Assembly (NCBI RefSeq): GCF_051097895.1
Contig: NZ_CP142525.1
Location: forward strand, 1,110,001 to 1,142,000
Reading direction: 5' to 3'
Length of the DNA: 32,000 nt
From: Psychrobacter sp. HD31
GTDB lineage: Bacteria; Pseudomonadota; Gammaproteobacteria; Pseudomonadales; Moraxellaceae
Both the position numbers and the translations under genes were made by a program. The notes under the pieces are model-generated. The model did not search any database, had not been told where the DNA came from, and saw only the letters and a program-made list of their open reading frames with translations. Below are positions 1-9,193 of this stretch, piece by piece; position 1 is the stretch's first letter, and the number at the start of each line of letters is the position of its first letter.

Positions 1-2601
1 ATAAGCACCACCTTTTTCACGAATCGCACTGTGTAGATAGCCATTTCGTAAATAAGGTCCTAACACCAACAAGGCAGCAGCATCTTCATGCCCTGCTGGC
101 ACAGCCTCATAACTGGCTGCATTGTGATAAACATTGGTTGCAACAAGCCATGCAATGTCATCGCTTTCTGCACGTGTTAAATTGACAGGGTCAATCAAGG
201 GCTGCTCAGCAAATTCGGTCGGCACATTATTAGCCAAATTATTTAACTCACCATCATCTTTTAACTTAGCATCTAAAGGTTGCGCCCAACTTTGCTCAAT
301 TAACTGAGTAATGCGTGGTGCTTCTTCTGCTTCACACACAACAACGGCTTGCTTAGGTAAGCTAATAATGGCTTGATGCAATGCCATTAATGCTGTGGCA
401 AGTTGTTCATACTGCTGTGCATCGTCTTCTGCTTTATCTAAAAATTGTTTTAATGAATGCAACGCAGGCAAACCACTACGCACATATTCAAGGTGCGATT
501 GTCTGCTCATATTACGTGTTGCTGTTTGCATGGCATAAGCATGCCCAGCACGTGCAATGCGAGATTGCCAGCCAGTTTGTTTTTGTTTTAGCAACTCTTT
601 AATGCGGTCATGCTCACTAAACACACTGTGGTTCATCACTTCTTTTAATAGCTCAATTGCCTCTGGCTTGCGTTTTAAAGCACGTGTTGCCACCACAAAA
701 TAACTATGGATGTTATCACTATCATCAATGCCAGTACGTTGGCTAATGCGGGCAGTAACCCCTGATGACATCGCTGCTTGTTTTGCCTGCATTTCTCTAG
801 AGTCTAGGCTATCTGTACCCAATTCACTAATTAAACCAAGGTACAGTGGCAATAATGGGTGGTTAACAATATCATTTTGCTGAGGCTCACCTGCTTGCCC
901 AATTAAAGGCACAATCACTTGGTAATAATACAAGCCATTGGTACCCGCTGTGTATTGATACAGCTTACTGGCTTGACCAGACAGTGCCACATTTATGACA
1001 TCGCCTTTTTCAAACCGAATATTGGCAGGCACATCTTCTAAACCAACTTTGGGTAATAATGATAAATCATCTGGCGCCGCCTGACGCTCTGCTAATTCAG
1101 TTGCTTGCTGACGCAACGTGGTTTTATCTTCTTGGGTTAGACTTTGCTCTATTGCATCAAGGCGGGCTTGTTCTGCCTGCGCTTCTTGCTTGCCTTGGTT
1201 ACTGTCTGGCACCAAACTCAAACGCACACGGTGTGGGTTATCAATTAAGTGTTCTTTTAGTAAACTTGGTAACCAAGTTGGATCTTTGACTTGCTCACGC
1301 AACCAATCAAGGTGCTCATTAATTTGCCACACATCAACAGGGTTGCCATCATGAATGGCGGTGCTAAAGGCTTCCATCATTAGGTTTAAGCCATAAGGCA
1401 TAGAGTCACCACCAATGTGACGTTGGTCAATTTCAATTTGGTGTAAGATGGTTTCTATGGTTTCGTTGTCAATTTCTTCAGCTGCAAGTTGAATAAACAA
1501 GTCCATAATACCTTGCTCAACCGCTTCGGCATGTTCTGGCTCGCTGCCACGCACACCGGCATAAAAAACCATTTCATAATGGCTATCATCTAGCCCTAAC
1601 ATTGGCGTGGGCGCAACCGCATACGGATTGCTTTCTAAATAAGCCCGCAGCGGAGAGCCTGCATGCTCTACCAACACACCTTCAAGTAACCTGAGTGCCA
1701 AACGCTGGCGAGGGTCGGTAATGGTGGGTAGCAACCAAGCTAATACATGATGTGTTTGCTCTTTTGTTACTTCATCCACATGGTAGGTTTCAGTCACTTT
1801 AATTGGTGCATTTAGGCGTTCTTCTTTAACCGATGTATGTTTAACGCCCTTACCAAACTCGCTAAGCGCATCTTCATGTAATTTTGTCTGTACTTCAAGT
1901 GCAGGGATGTCGCCAAAACTCATAATCACCGCATTACTTGGATGATAATGGCTTTTATGAAATTGGAGTAATTCTTCATGCGTTAAGTCAGGGATGTCAG
2001 CAGGATCACCGCCCGAGTTATAATGATACGTTGTTGTTGGATATAGATGATGAGCAAGCGCATGGTAAAGTTGGTCAATCTCCCCACTCATAGCGCCTTT
2101 CATTTCATTAAACACAATGCCTTTAAATTGGGGCTTGTCATTGTCATCCAGCTCCACCCTAATGCCTTCTTGCGCAAAATCTAGGGGATGAATATTAGGG
2201 AAGAAAGACGCATCTAAGTAAACCGATAGTAAATTAAAAAAGTCTTTTTTATTTTGAGTTGCAAATGGGTATGCCGTCCAGTCAGAAGCCGTCATGGCAT
2301 TCATAAAGGTGTTTAATGAGCGCTTAATCATCGAAAAAAACGGGTCACGTACTGGATATTTTGCCGAACCACATAAGGCGGTATGCTCTAAAACATGCGC
2401 CTCGCCTTTTGAATCCATTGGTTGGGTACGAAAGCCAACCAAGAATGCATTTTCATCACTTGGGTGGGCTAAATGATAGTGCATTGCCCCTGTTGTTTTA
2501 TGTTCACAAATTAATACATCAATCGATAACGATTCGATTTTATGATGTTCAATCAGTTTAAAATCTGGGTGTAACGTTAAATTTGGTTGAAAGTTTGACA
2601 T
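1..2601 (-). CDS. M16C family (PreP/presequence-protease-like, insulinase family) zinc metalloprotease, N-terminal 867 codons; C-terminus lies beyond the left edge
   Basis: Hand translation of the minus strand from ATG at 2601 gives MSNFQPNLTLHPDFKLIEHHKIESL...GEAHVLEHTALCGS (HxxEH inverted zinc motif) ...FNEMKGAMSGE. The frame is still open at base 1, where it reads ...LRNGYLHSAIREKGGAY. AGGAAG RBS lies at 2605-2610 (complement). It is absent from the ORF track only because no stop codon lies in the window. Confidence 0.85.
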   Translation of the reverse strand, partial: MSNFQPNLTLHPDFKLIEHHKIESLSIDVLICEHKTTGAMHYHLAHPSDENAFLVGFRTQPMDSKGEAHVLEHTALCGSAKYPVRDPFFSMIKRSLNTFMNAMTASDWTAYPFATQNKKDFFNLLSVYLDASFFPNIHPLDFAQEGIRVELDDNDKPQFKGIVFNEMKGAMSGEIDQLYHALAHHLYPTTTYHYNSGGDPADIPDLTHEELLQFHKSHYHPSNAVIMSFGDIPALEVQTKLHEDALSEFGKGVKHTSVKEERLNAPIKVTETYHVDEVTKEQTHHVLAWLLPTITDPRQRLALRLLEGVLVEHAGSPLRAYLESNPYAVAPTPMLGLDDSHYEMVFYAGVRGSEPEHAEAVEQGIMDLFIQLAAEEIDNETIETILHQIEIDQRHIGGDSMPYGLNLMMEAFSTAIHDGNPVDVWQINEHLDWLREQVKDPTWLPSLLKEHLIDNPHRVRLSLVPDSNQGKQEAQAEQARLDAIEQSLTQEDKTTLRQQATELAERQAAPDDLSLLPKVGLEDVPANIRFEKGDVINVALSGQASKLYQYTAGTNGLYYYQVIVPLIGQAGEPQQNDIVNHPLLPLYLGLISELGTDSLDSREMQAKQAAMSSGVTARISQRTGIDDSDNIHSYFVVATRALKRKPEAIELLKEVMNHSVFSEHDRIKELLKQKQTGWQSRIARAGHAYAMQTATRNMSRQSHLEYVRSGLPALHSLKQFLDKAEDDAQQYEQLATALMALHQAIISLPKQAVVVCEAEEAPRITQLIEQSWAQPLDAKLKDDGELNNLANNVPTEFAEQPLIDPVNLTRAESDDIAWLVATNVYHNAASYEAVPAGHEDAAALLVLGPYLRNGYLHSAIREKGGAY

Positions 2602-2674
2602 GTACTTCCTAATAAAATGAATGGTTTAACTAAAAATTTTTGGCTTTACTCTTGAACAAGAGCTTTGGCTGGAC

Positions 2675-2703
2675 AACAGCACAACTTAAGTTGTGCTGTT
2701 TTT
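2675..2703 (+). terminator. Orphan rho-independent-terminator-like hairpin with no upstream plus-strand ORF (candidate sRNA 3' end)
   Basis: Perfect 11-bp stem AACAGCACAAC (2675-2685) / GTTGTGCTGTT (2690-2700), loop TTAA, T-run to 2703. On the minus strand no T-run follows the stem. Confidence 0.4.
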
Positions 2704-2918
2704 AACAATAAGCAGCTAAGTATATCCAATTTATGCTTAAAGTGCTATAGGTGTTATTGTAAATAACGCCATGTACTAATAATTTATCGATATGATTGAC
2801 GATCTTTTAAATTCATTCTCTAGTTAACACATAGTGAAAGGACATCTCTAAACATTAAAAAGCTTACTAGGGTATTAATTCTTATTGTTTTTTATTGCAG
2901 TATTGTTTCTATTGGTGA

Positions 2919-2937
2919 TAAAATGATAATGGTTATT
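2919..2937 (+). promoter_or_regulatory. Fur-family box-like operator overlapping a putative -10 (TATTAT, 2934-2939) of the TonB-dependent receptor gene
   Basis: TAAAATGATAATGGTTATT matches the 19-bp Fur consensus GATAATGATAATCATTATC at 14/19 by hand alignment. It is an imperfect palindrome, AAATGATAAT-g-GTTATTATTT, ending 36 nt before the start codon. Confidence 0.45.
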
Positions 2938-2972
2938 ATTTTCATTAATTATTTTATAGGTAGGAGCTTTTT

Positions 2973-5150
2973 ATGAAAAAAACCATGTTGTCTAAATCTA
3001 TTGCACTCTCTATTTTGTGTTTGGCAAGCCATGCAAATGCAACTAGCGAAGCAGAAACTTTCTGTAAAAATAGCAAAGATAAAACTCAATGTATTAAAAA
3101 CTATAAATACATGCCAGAAACAACCCTAGATAAAATTACAATTACAGCAAACCGTACAAAAACAGATATGGTTGATTATTCTGGTCAAGTAAGTATTTTA
3201 GGAGAAAAGAAACTCTCTAAAGATACTAATATTGTTCAAAACTTAACACAAGTACCCGGTGTAGAATTTGGATTTGATTCAGGTCGCCAAATTGGTGAGC
3301 AATACCAAATTCGTGGTTACGGTTACCAATCTAATAATCGTGTAATTATTAAGCAGGATGGTGTAGAGCGAGATACCTCTTTATATTCTAACCATATTTC
3401 ATCCTTTCGTACCGATCCCAACCTATTAAAACGTGTTGAAGTGGTAAAAGGTGGTTCGTCCGTATTACATGGCAGTGGTGCCATTGGCGGTATTGTTAGT
3501 ATGGAAACTAAAGAAGCACGTGACTTTATTTCTGATGATGAAGAGACGGGAGTTACTCTAGGTGGTCGTTATGATTCAAACAACGCTCACAGCATGTATG
3601 TTGCTTTAGCTGCAGACCCTAATGATATACCTCTTGACTTTCTAGCTTATCACCGCAAACAAGATATTGGCGATACCACACTTGCCGGTAGGGGATATGC
3701 AAGTTATAAAACAATCGACAACGATGAAAACGTGAAAACAACTTATGCTAAAATCGGTTGGGACATTAATGATGAGAACCGAGTTGCCTTATCTTATTAT
3801 GACTTTGATGAAAAGTTAGATACATCGTGGCAAACTCTTTACCACTGGGATGTAGATGAAGATGACCCAGTAAAAGGACATTTAGAACAAAAAGATTTAG
3901 TATTAACTTACAACTATGTGCCAAAAGATAATGAGCTCATTGACCTTGAGACCAAGGCCTACAGTAGTGAAGCATCATACTTTCGTTCATTTGATAAAAA
4001 CAACCCAGAAGGTAACTATTATGTAAATAATGACGACCGTTGGGGTATCAACATCAAAAACTTATCCTTATTTGATACAGGCATTATTGATCATAGCCTA
4101 ATTGTTGGGGCTGATTATCAAGACAGAGAAAATAGCTCAACTTTTTATTATAATAATAGTTTACGTGATTCTGGACCTACCAACCCTAATTATTTAAAAG
4201 ACTTAGGCATTTATGTGCAAGACAAAATGGATATAGGGAAATTTACAACAACCATTGGAGCCCGATACGATAATTTTAAACGAAGTGGTACCGAAGGAGA
4301 TGAATTTAAAGAAAACAACCTATCACCAAAAATTAGCATTGGTTATGAAATATTAGATGGCGTTCATCTAATTGGTGGTTATTCCGAGACTTTCCGTGCG
4401 CCAGTCCCTACCGAGACATCATCAAAAGGTCCCGTCAATCCACATTATTGGTATTTAACAAATGCCGACTTAAAGCCTGAAACTTTAAAAGAATATGAAA
4501 TTGGCTTTGCAATTGATAAGCAAGGGATGATTAGCGATGATGATGAATTATTTTTTAAGGCCACCTATTTTGATGGCACAATCGAAGATATGATTTCAGT
4601 TCAGACAATGCCAGAACTTGGCAAACCACCCATAGTTGATAGGTATGGAGATTATCGCCAGTATGCTCAATATCAAAACGTTAGCTCTGTAAATCGTGAA
4701 GGCGTAGAAGTTGAAGGTAAATACATTAAGGGGCCTTGGAGTGTTGCAACTGGATTTGATCATCTAAGAATGACAAATGATGAAACAGATAAACGATTAA
4801 GAGCATCAACTAAAAAAACATACCTCAATTTTGGCTACTCAGATGATGAGTCTGGTGTAAGTACAGGCTTAAAGGTCACTCATTGGTTCCGACCACATCG
4901 CGACTTCTATAAATTTACAAGCCGAGGCAGGGAGTACGAATATGTTAATGAAGATTTTACCATCGCTGATGTATATGCAGGTTGGGATCCTGTAAACACA
5001 GGCAATGAATTTTTAGATGATGGGTTGAAACTAAACCTTGGTATTAATAATTTGTTTAACGACCAGCGTTTAAACCCCAATGTTCGTAGACCATCACTTA
5101 TGTTAGGTAAAGCTCGTAATATATACGCAAGTGTAGAAAAACGATTCTAA
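2973..5150 (+). CDS. TonB-dependent outer-membrane receptor (substrate unknown; iron or other metal complex likely)
   Basis: Signal peptide (MKKTMLSKSIALSILCLASHANA). TonB-box-like DKITITANR. Plug motif VEVVKGGSSVLHGSGAIGGIVSMETK. FRAP and ...DLKPE motifs. C-terminal ...ASVEKRF with terminal Phe. AGGAG RBS at 2962-2966. Confidence 0.9.
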   Translation: MKKTMLSKSIALSILCLASHANATSEAETFCKNSKDKTQCIKNYKYMPETTLDKITITANRTKTDMVDYSGQVSILGEKKLSKDTNIVQNLTQVPGVEFGFDSGRQIGEQYQIRGYGYQSNNRVIIKQDGVERDTSLYSNHISSFRTDPNLLKRVEVVKGGSSVLHGSGAIGGIVSMETKEARDFISDDEETGVTLGGRYDSNNAHSMYVALAADPNDIPLDFLAYHRKQDIGDTTLAGRGYASYKTIDNDENVKTTYAKIGWDINDENRVALSYYDFDEKLDTSWQTLYHWDVDEDDPVKGHLEQKDLVLTYNYVPKDNELIDLETKAYSSEASYFRSFDKNNPEGNYYVNNDDRWGINIKNLSLFDTGIIDHSLIVGADYQDRENSSTFYYNNSLRDSGPTNPNYLKDLGIYVQDKMDIGKFTTTIGARYDNFKRSGTEGDEFKENNLSPKISIGYEILDGVHLIGGYSETFRAPVPTETSSKGPVNPHYWYLTNADLKPETLKEYEIGFAIDKQGMISDDDELFFKATYFDGTIEDMISVQTMPELGKPPIVDRYGDYRQYAQYQNVSSVNREGVEVEGKYIKGPWSVATGFDHLRMTNDETDKRLRASTKKTYLNFGYSDDESGVSTGLKVTHWFRPHRDFYKFTSRGREYEYVNEDFTIADVYAGWDPVNTGNEFLDDGLKLNLGINNLFNDQRLNPNVRRPSLMLGKARNIYASVEKRF

Positions 5151-5173
5151 ACCACTGATAATCAATTGATAAA

Positions 5174-5201
5174 AGAGAAAGGTAAACGCTTTCTCTTTTT
5201 T
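5174..5201 (+). terminator. Rho-independent terminator after the receptor gene, possibly shared with convergent epmA
   Basis: Stem AGAGAAAG (5174-5181) / CTTTCTCT (5189-5196), loop GTAAACG, then TTTTT. An A-run precedes the stem. Confidence 0.7.
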
Positions 5202-5237
5202 AGTTCTCTTATAGTATTATCTTAAAATAGGTCGAAA

Positions 5238-6212
5238 TTAAGCCCTACTACTGTTAAAACTAACCACATCATCAATCGAATTTGCACCAGTTGCTACCAT
5301 CAACAACCTATCTACACCCACCGCAATGCCACTACAGGCTGGTAAGTCGTCACATGCAGCTAACAAGTTTTCATCAATTGGCATAATCGGCTTACCCAGT
5401 TTGGCACGCATTGCATTGTCTGCTTCAAACCGCTGCCTTAACGCTTGTCCATTGGCAAGCTCATCATACGCATTCGCAATTTCTATCCCGTTAATGTATA
5501 ACTCAAAACGGCGAGCGACTTGATTACCTTCACCATCCGTTGCCATATTTGCTAAAGCTGCCGTAGCTGGTGGATAATCGATAATAATGGTTGGATTATC
5601 ATAACCTAAATTTGGTTCAACAAAGTGGCTAAATAAAACATCTAACCAACCTTGGTGATCATCACCCAAGTTAATATTCAAACCTTTTTGTTTAGCAACC
5701 TCTTCAAGTTGCTTGGCTGTGGCTGTTAATGGATGTATCCCCACATGGTCAATAAAAGCATCCACATAGCGGTATTGTTTTAATGTTTGTGGTTTACCAA
5801 AAACAACCGCTAGCAATTCGCACAGCTCACCTGCTAAGTCATCTAGGCTAAAATTAGGACGATACCACTCTAGCATAGTAAATTCTATATTATGTTGCTT
5901 CCCAGTCTCATTATCTCTAAACACGGGGCAAATCTGATAAATTGGTACTTGCCAACTGGCAAGTAGCCGCTTCATCGCAAACTCTGGAGAAGTATGCAAA
6001 TAGTAAGTCGTCGGCTTATCTAAATAGTTAACGTTTGCTGATACTGATTGTAAAAAGGTATCCGTGTTACCTGCTTGGCTAAGTAGCGGCGTTTGTACTT
6101 CTAACACATCACGCTGGGCAAAAAATTGACGTATGTTAGCGTACATCTCTGCCCTTTGTTTTGCCATGGCTAGGGTTAAACTCGGGTGGTAAGTTTTAGG
6201 AGTTTGCATCAT
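5238..6212 (-). CDS. epmA: Elongation factor P--(R)-beta-lysine ligase (PoxA/GenX, class II LysRS paralog)
   Basis: 324 aa. Collinear with E. coli EpmA as recalled: ...FFAQRDVLEVQTP..., TSPEFAMKRLLA, NIEFTMLEWYR, RFELYINGIELANAY, CSGIAVGVDRLLM. Confidence 0.9.
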   Translation of the reverse strand: MMQTPKTYHPSLTLAMAKQRAEMYANIRQFFAQRDVLEVQTPLLSQAGNTDTFLQSVSANVNYLDKPTTYYLHTSPEFAMKRLLASWQVPIYQICPVFRDNETGKQHNIEFTMLEWYRPNFSLDDLAGELCELLAVVFGKPQTLKQYRYVDAFIDHVGIHPLTATAKQLEEVAKQKGLNINLGDDHQGWLDVLFSHFVEPNLGYDNPTIIIDYPPATAALANMATDGEGNQVARRFELYINGIEIANAYDELANGQALRQRFEADNAMRAKLGKPIMPIDENLLAACDDLPACSGIAVGVDRLLMVATGANSIDDVVSFNSSRA

Positions 6213-6237
6213 ATTAAAAAAACATCATTAGTAGCCG

Positions 6238-6266
6238 ATAAAAAAGGCGAGCTTTTGCCCGCCTTT
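6238..6266 (-). terminator. Rho-independent terminator downstream of pckA
   Basis: Minus strand reads AAAGGCGGGC-AAAA-GCTCGCCTTT followed by TTTTAT. 10-bp stem with one mismatch. Confidence 0.65.
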
Positions 6267-6288
6267 CAGTTAAACATTAGGTATTAGC

Positions 6289-7890
6289 TTAAATTGGTTT
6301 TGGCGCAGAAGCTAACAACTCATCATCTGCTTGGTCTGCATAATGGGCATCAAAGTTTTCAACATAACTTTGTGCCAATTTGTTTGCAACTTTAGCAAAT
6401 GCTTCTTTATCTTTCCAACTATTTTCTGGCAATAAAATTTCTGCTGGTACGTCTGGGCATGCTGTTACAACTTCAAAGCCAAAACGTGGATCAGTTTGAG
6501 TTGGTGCATCAGCCAGTTGTTCATTATTAATAGCATCAACAATGGCACGTGAATATTTAAGTTTGATACGGTCACCAACACCATAGCCGCCACCAGCCCA
6601 ACCCGTGTTAACCAACCAAACGTTTACGTTGTTTTCACGGATTTTTTCTGCCAATAATTCGGCATATTTAGTTGGGTGCCAAACCATAAACGGTGCACCA
6701 AAACAAGCTGAGAAGGTTGCTTCTGGCTCTGTTACGCCAACTTCTGTACCGGCAACTTTTGCAGTATAACCAGAGATAAAGTGATACATTGCTTGTGCTG
6801 GCGTTAATTTTGCTACTGGTGGCAATACACCAAAAGCATCACAAGTTAAAAAGATAACGTTTTTAGGCTGACCTGCCACACATGGCAAACGTGCATTATC
6901 GATATGCTCAATTGGATAGCACGCACGCGTGTTTTCGGTAATTGATACATCACTAAAATCAACAATATGTTCATTATTGATAACCACGTTTTCTAACACA
7001 CTACCAAAACGGATGGCACGGTAAATATCAGGTTCTTTTTCTTCGGTTAAATCAATGGCTTTAGCGTAACAACCGCCTTCGATGTTAAACACACCTTGTT
7101 TTGTCCAAACATGCTCATCATCACCAACCAGCTCACGTGCTGGATCAGCTGATAAGGTTGTTTTACCTGTGCCAGACAAACCAAATAAGATGGTAGAGGT
7201 TTCTCCCCCTTTTTCTACAGTTGCCGAGCAATGCATTGGTAGCTCGCCTTGCAGTGGCATTAGGTAGTTCATAATAGTAAATACGCCTTTTTTCATTTCG
7301 CCTGCGTATTCTGTACCTAAAATAACCATTTCGCCAAGTTCAAATGACAATGCAACACTCGTTTCACTCGATACGCCTTCAACTGAGGTATCTGCGGCTT
7401 GTTCACCTGCATTGTAAATTACATAATCTGGTTCACCAAACGCTGCCAACTCTTCTGCTGTTGGGCGGATTAGCATGTTGTGCATGAATAATGCGTGATA
7501 TGGGCGCGAAGTAATAACACGAATTTTTTTGCGGTAGCGGGTATCCCAACCTGCAAAACCGTCAACAACATAAACATTAGGGGCATCACTTAAAAAGTTT
7601 TTCGCAATTTCACGGTTTTTTGCAAAAGAATCCTCTGACAATGCAATATTGATATCACCCCACCAAATGTTATCTTTTGATTCAGCATTTTCTACTAGGC
7701 GTTTATCCGCAGGAGAGCGTCCTGTTTTTTCACCCGAAAAAGCAATCAAAGCACCTGAGTGTGCAAGGCATGCTTGCCTATCATTGCGAAAGGCTAATTG
7801 ATATAAAACAGCTGGAGTAACATTGTGATAAGCGTCAACAAAAATACCATGGTTTGATAAATCTAGGGTTTTAATTGCATGTACTTCCAT
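6289..7890 (-). CDS. pckA: Phosphoenolpyruvate carboxykinase (ATP)
   Basis: 533 aa. Kinase-1a P-loop GLSGTGKTTLS. Overall collinearity with E. coli PckA. AAGGAAACC RBS. Confidence 0.95.
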   Translation of the reverse strand: MEVHAIKTLDLSNHGIFVDAYHNVTPAVLYQLAFRNDRQACLAHSGALIAFSGEKTGRSPADKRLVENAESKDNIWWGDINIALSEDSFAKNREIAKNFLSDAPNVYVVDGFAGWDTRYRKKIRVITSRPYHALFMHNMLIRPTAEELAAFGEPDYVIYNAGEQAADTSVEGVSSETSVALSFELGEMVILGTEYAGEMKKGVFTIMNYLMPLQGELPMHCSATVEKGGETSTILFGLSGTGKTTLSADPARELVGDDEHVWTKQGVFNIEGGCYAKAIDLTEEKEPDIYRAIRFGSVLENVVINNEHIVDFSDVSITENTRACYPIEHIDNARLPCVAGQPKNVIFLTCDAFGVLPPVAKLTPAQAMYHFISGYTAKVAGTEVGVTEPEATFSACFGAPFMVWHPTKYAELLAEKIRENNVNVWLVNTGWAGGGYGVGDRIKLKYSRAIVDAINNEQLADAPTQTDPRFGFEVVTACPDVPAEILLPENSWKDKEAFAKVANKLAQSYVENFDAHYADQADDELLASAPKPI

Positions 7891-8047
7891 TAGGTTTCCT
7901 TAAGTGTTTACCATAAAATTTATGGCTGCTAATTATAACAATAATTTTGTGATATTTAAATAGAAAATGTACTAATAAATTAAAAAAATGTAGAGTTTTG
8001 TAAGGGTTTACCACTTCACTGTAACAGGCGTATTTTTAATCAATATT

Positions 8048-9163
8048 CTAAAATAACCATTCTCTTCTGAGATCATATTTTTTACGAAGTTCATCAAAGT
8101 CCTTGCCATCAATTTGGTTGCTCATTTGGTTTAAAACGCTTCGCAAATTTGCATCGTCTTGCATAATATTATAGTAATGACTCAATTTATCAGGTGCTTT
8201 TTTAAGGTCTGCCCAATGGTATGGATTAGCAGGCAATAAGTTTTGTATTTTTTGGCAAATAGGTAGATTAAAATGTTGGCAAAATGCCTCATAAATCATC
8301 TGTGTACCTCTTAACTTGCCTTCCACGCTATATCCTGCAATATGCGGTGTTGCAACAGCAAGTTTAGCAAGCAAGTCACCACTCACAATTGGTTCATGCT
8401 CAAAAACATCCAATACAATCTCACGCTGAGTATTAGCCTGATCAACAATTAAGGCATCTTCACTTACTACCCTTCCCCTTGATGAGTTAACAAGCAATGC
8501 ATCTGTTTTCATACGTGCAAATGCATTTTCATCAATTAAATGGTGGGTCGGATATTTAGACTGCTTATTAGTTGTTAACGGCACATGCAGGCTAATTACA
8601 TCACTTTGCTGTAACAGTTGTTGAAAACTGGCATTATTATAAAGTTGATTTGGCTGCAAAAAAGGGTCGTATCCGAGCACTTGCCAGCCTAAGTCATTGG
8701 CATAATTAGCAAGCGTACTGCCAATGTTGCCAAGCCCGATAACGCCAAGCGTGATTGGTTTTTGCCAGTATTGTGGTTTTAACGCTAGGATAGAAGTCAG
8801 CACATATTGCGCAACCGAATGTTTACTACAACCACTGGCATTCGCAAACGCAATGTTTTTTTGATTTAAATAGGCTTGGTCAATATGATCTGTGCCTATG
8901 GTTGCAGACCCCACATACTGCACAGTGTCTTGCTCGGCTAATAAAGATTCATTAACCAAAGTTACCGAACGGACAAGCAGCGCTTGAGGTTTAAGGGAGG
9001 TAAGCAACTCAGACGTAATTTCACGACCTGCCACGCTAACAATATTGACATCCACCCCCAAAATTTGTGGGTTAAAATAATCATCAAGATGTGAAATATT
9101 AGCATCGGCAACAATGGTTAAGGTTTTTGGCATTTGAATACTTTGAGCTGGAATACTTTGCAT
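8048..9163 (-). CDS. pdxB: Erythronate-4-phosphate dehydrogenase (PLP biosynthesis)
   Basis: 371 aa. N-terminal IVADANI...LDDYF. NAD fold GVIGLGNIGSTLA. D-2-hydroxyacid dehydrogenase core (HVPLT..., SRG) plus the PdxB-type C-terminal extension. Confidence 0.85.
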   Translation of the reverse strand: MQSIPAQSIQMPKTLTIVADANISHLDDYFNPQILGVDVNIVSVAGREITSELLTSLKPQALLVRSVTLVNESLLAEQDTVQYVGSATIGTDHIDQAYLNQKNIAFANASGCSKHSVAQYVLTSILALKPQYWQKPITLGVIGLGNIGSTLANYANDLGWQVLGYDPFLQPNQLYNNASFQQLLQQSDVISLHVPLTTNKQSKYPTHHLIDENAFARMKTDALLVNSSRGRVVSEDALIVDQANTQREIVLDVFEHEPIVSGDLLAKLAVATPHIAGYSVEGKLRGTQMIYEAFCQHFNLPICQKIQNLLPANPYHWADLKKAPDKLSHYYNIMQDDANLRSVLNQMSNQIDGKDFDELRKKYDLRREWLF

Positions 9164-9193
9164 ATTAATTATGGGTCTAAATAATGTTTAAAG

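Noticed and set aside
381-2561. Five short plus-strand ORFs (381-602, 1059-1289, 1118-1354, 2294-2476, 2361-2561)
   Set aside because: All are antisense shadows inside the long minus-strand M16C protease ORF. That ORF is missing from the track only because it runs off the window edge.
2973-5150. Assigning the TonB-dependent receptor as a haem receptor from its FRAP motif
   Set aside because: FRAP and ...LKPE motifs are generic to many TonB-dependent receptors. The NPNL box and the conserved His context are not clearly present (TNADLKPE instead). No cobalamin riboswitch B12-box was seen upstream either, so I left the substrate unassigned.
7940-7965. CRP half-site TGTGA upstream of pckA
   Set aside because: Only one half-site is present. 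The expected TCACA partner 6 nt away is absent (TGTGAtatttaAATAG).
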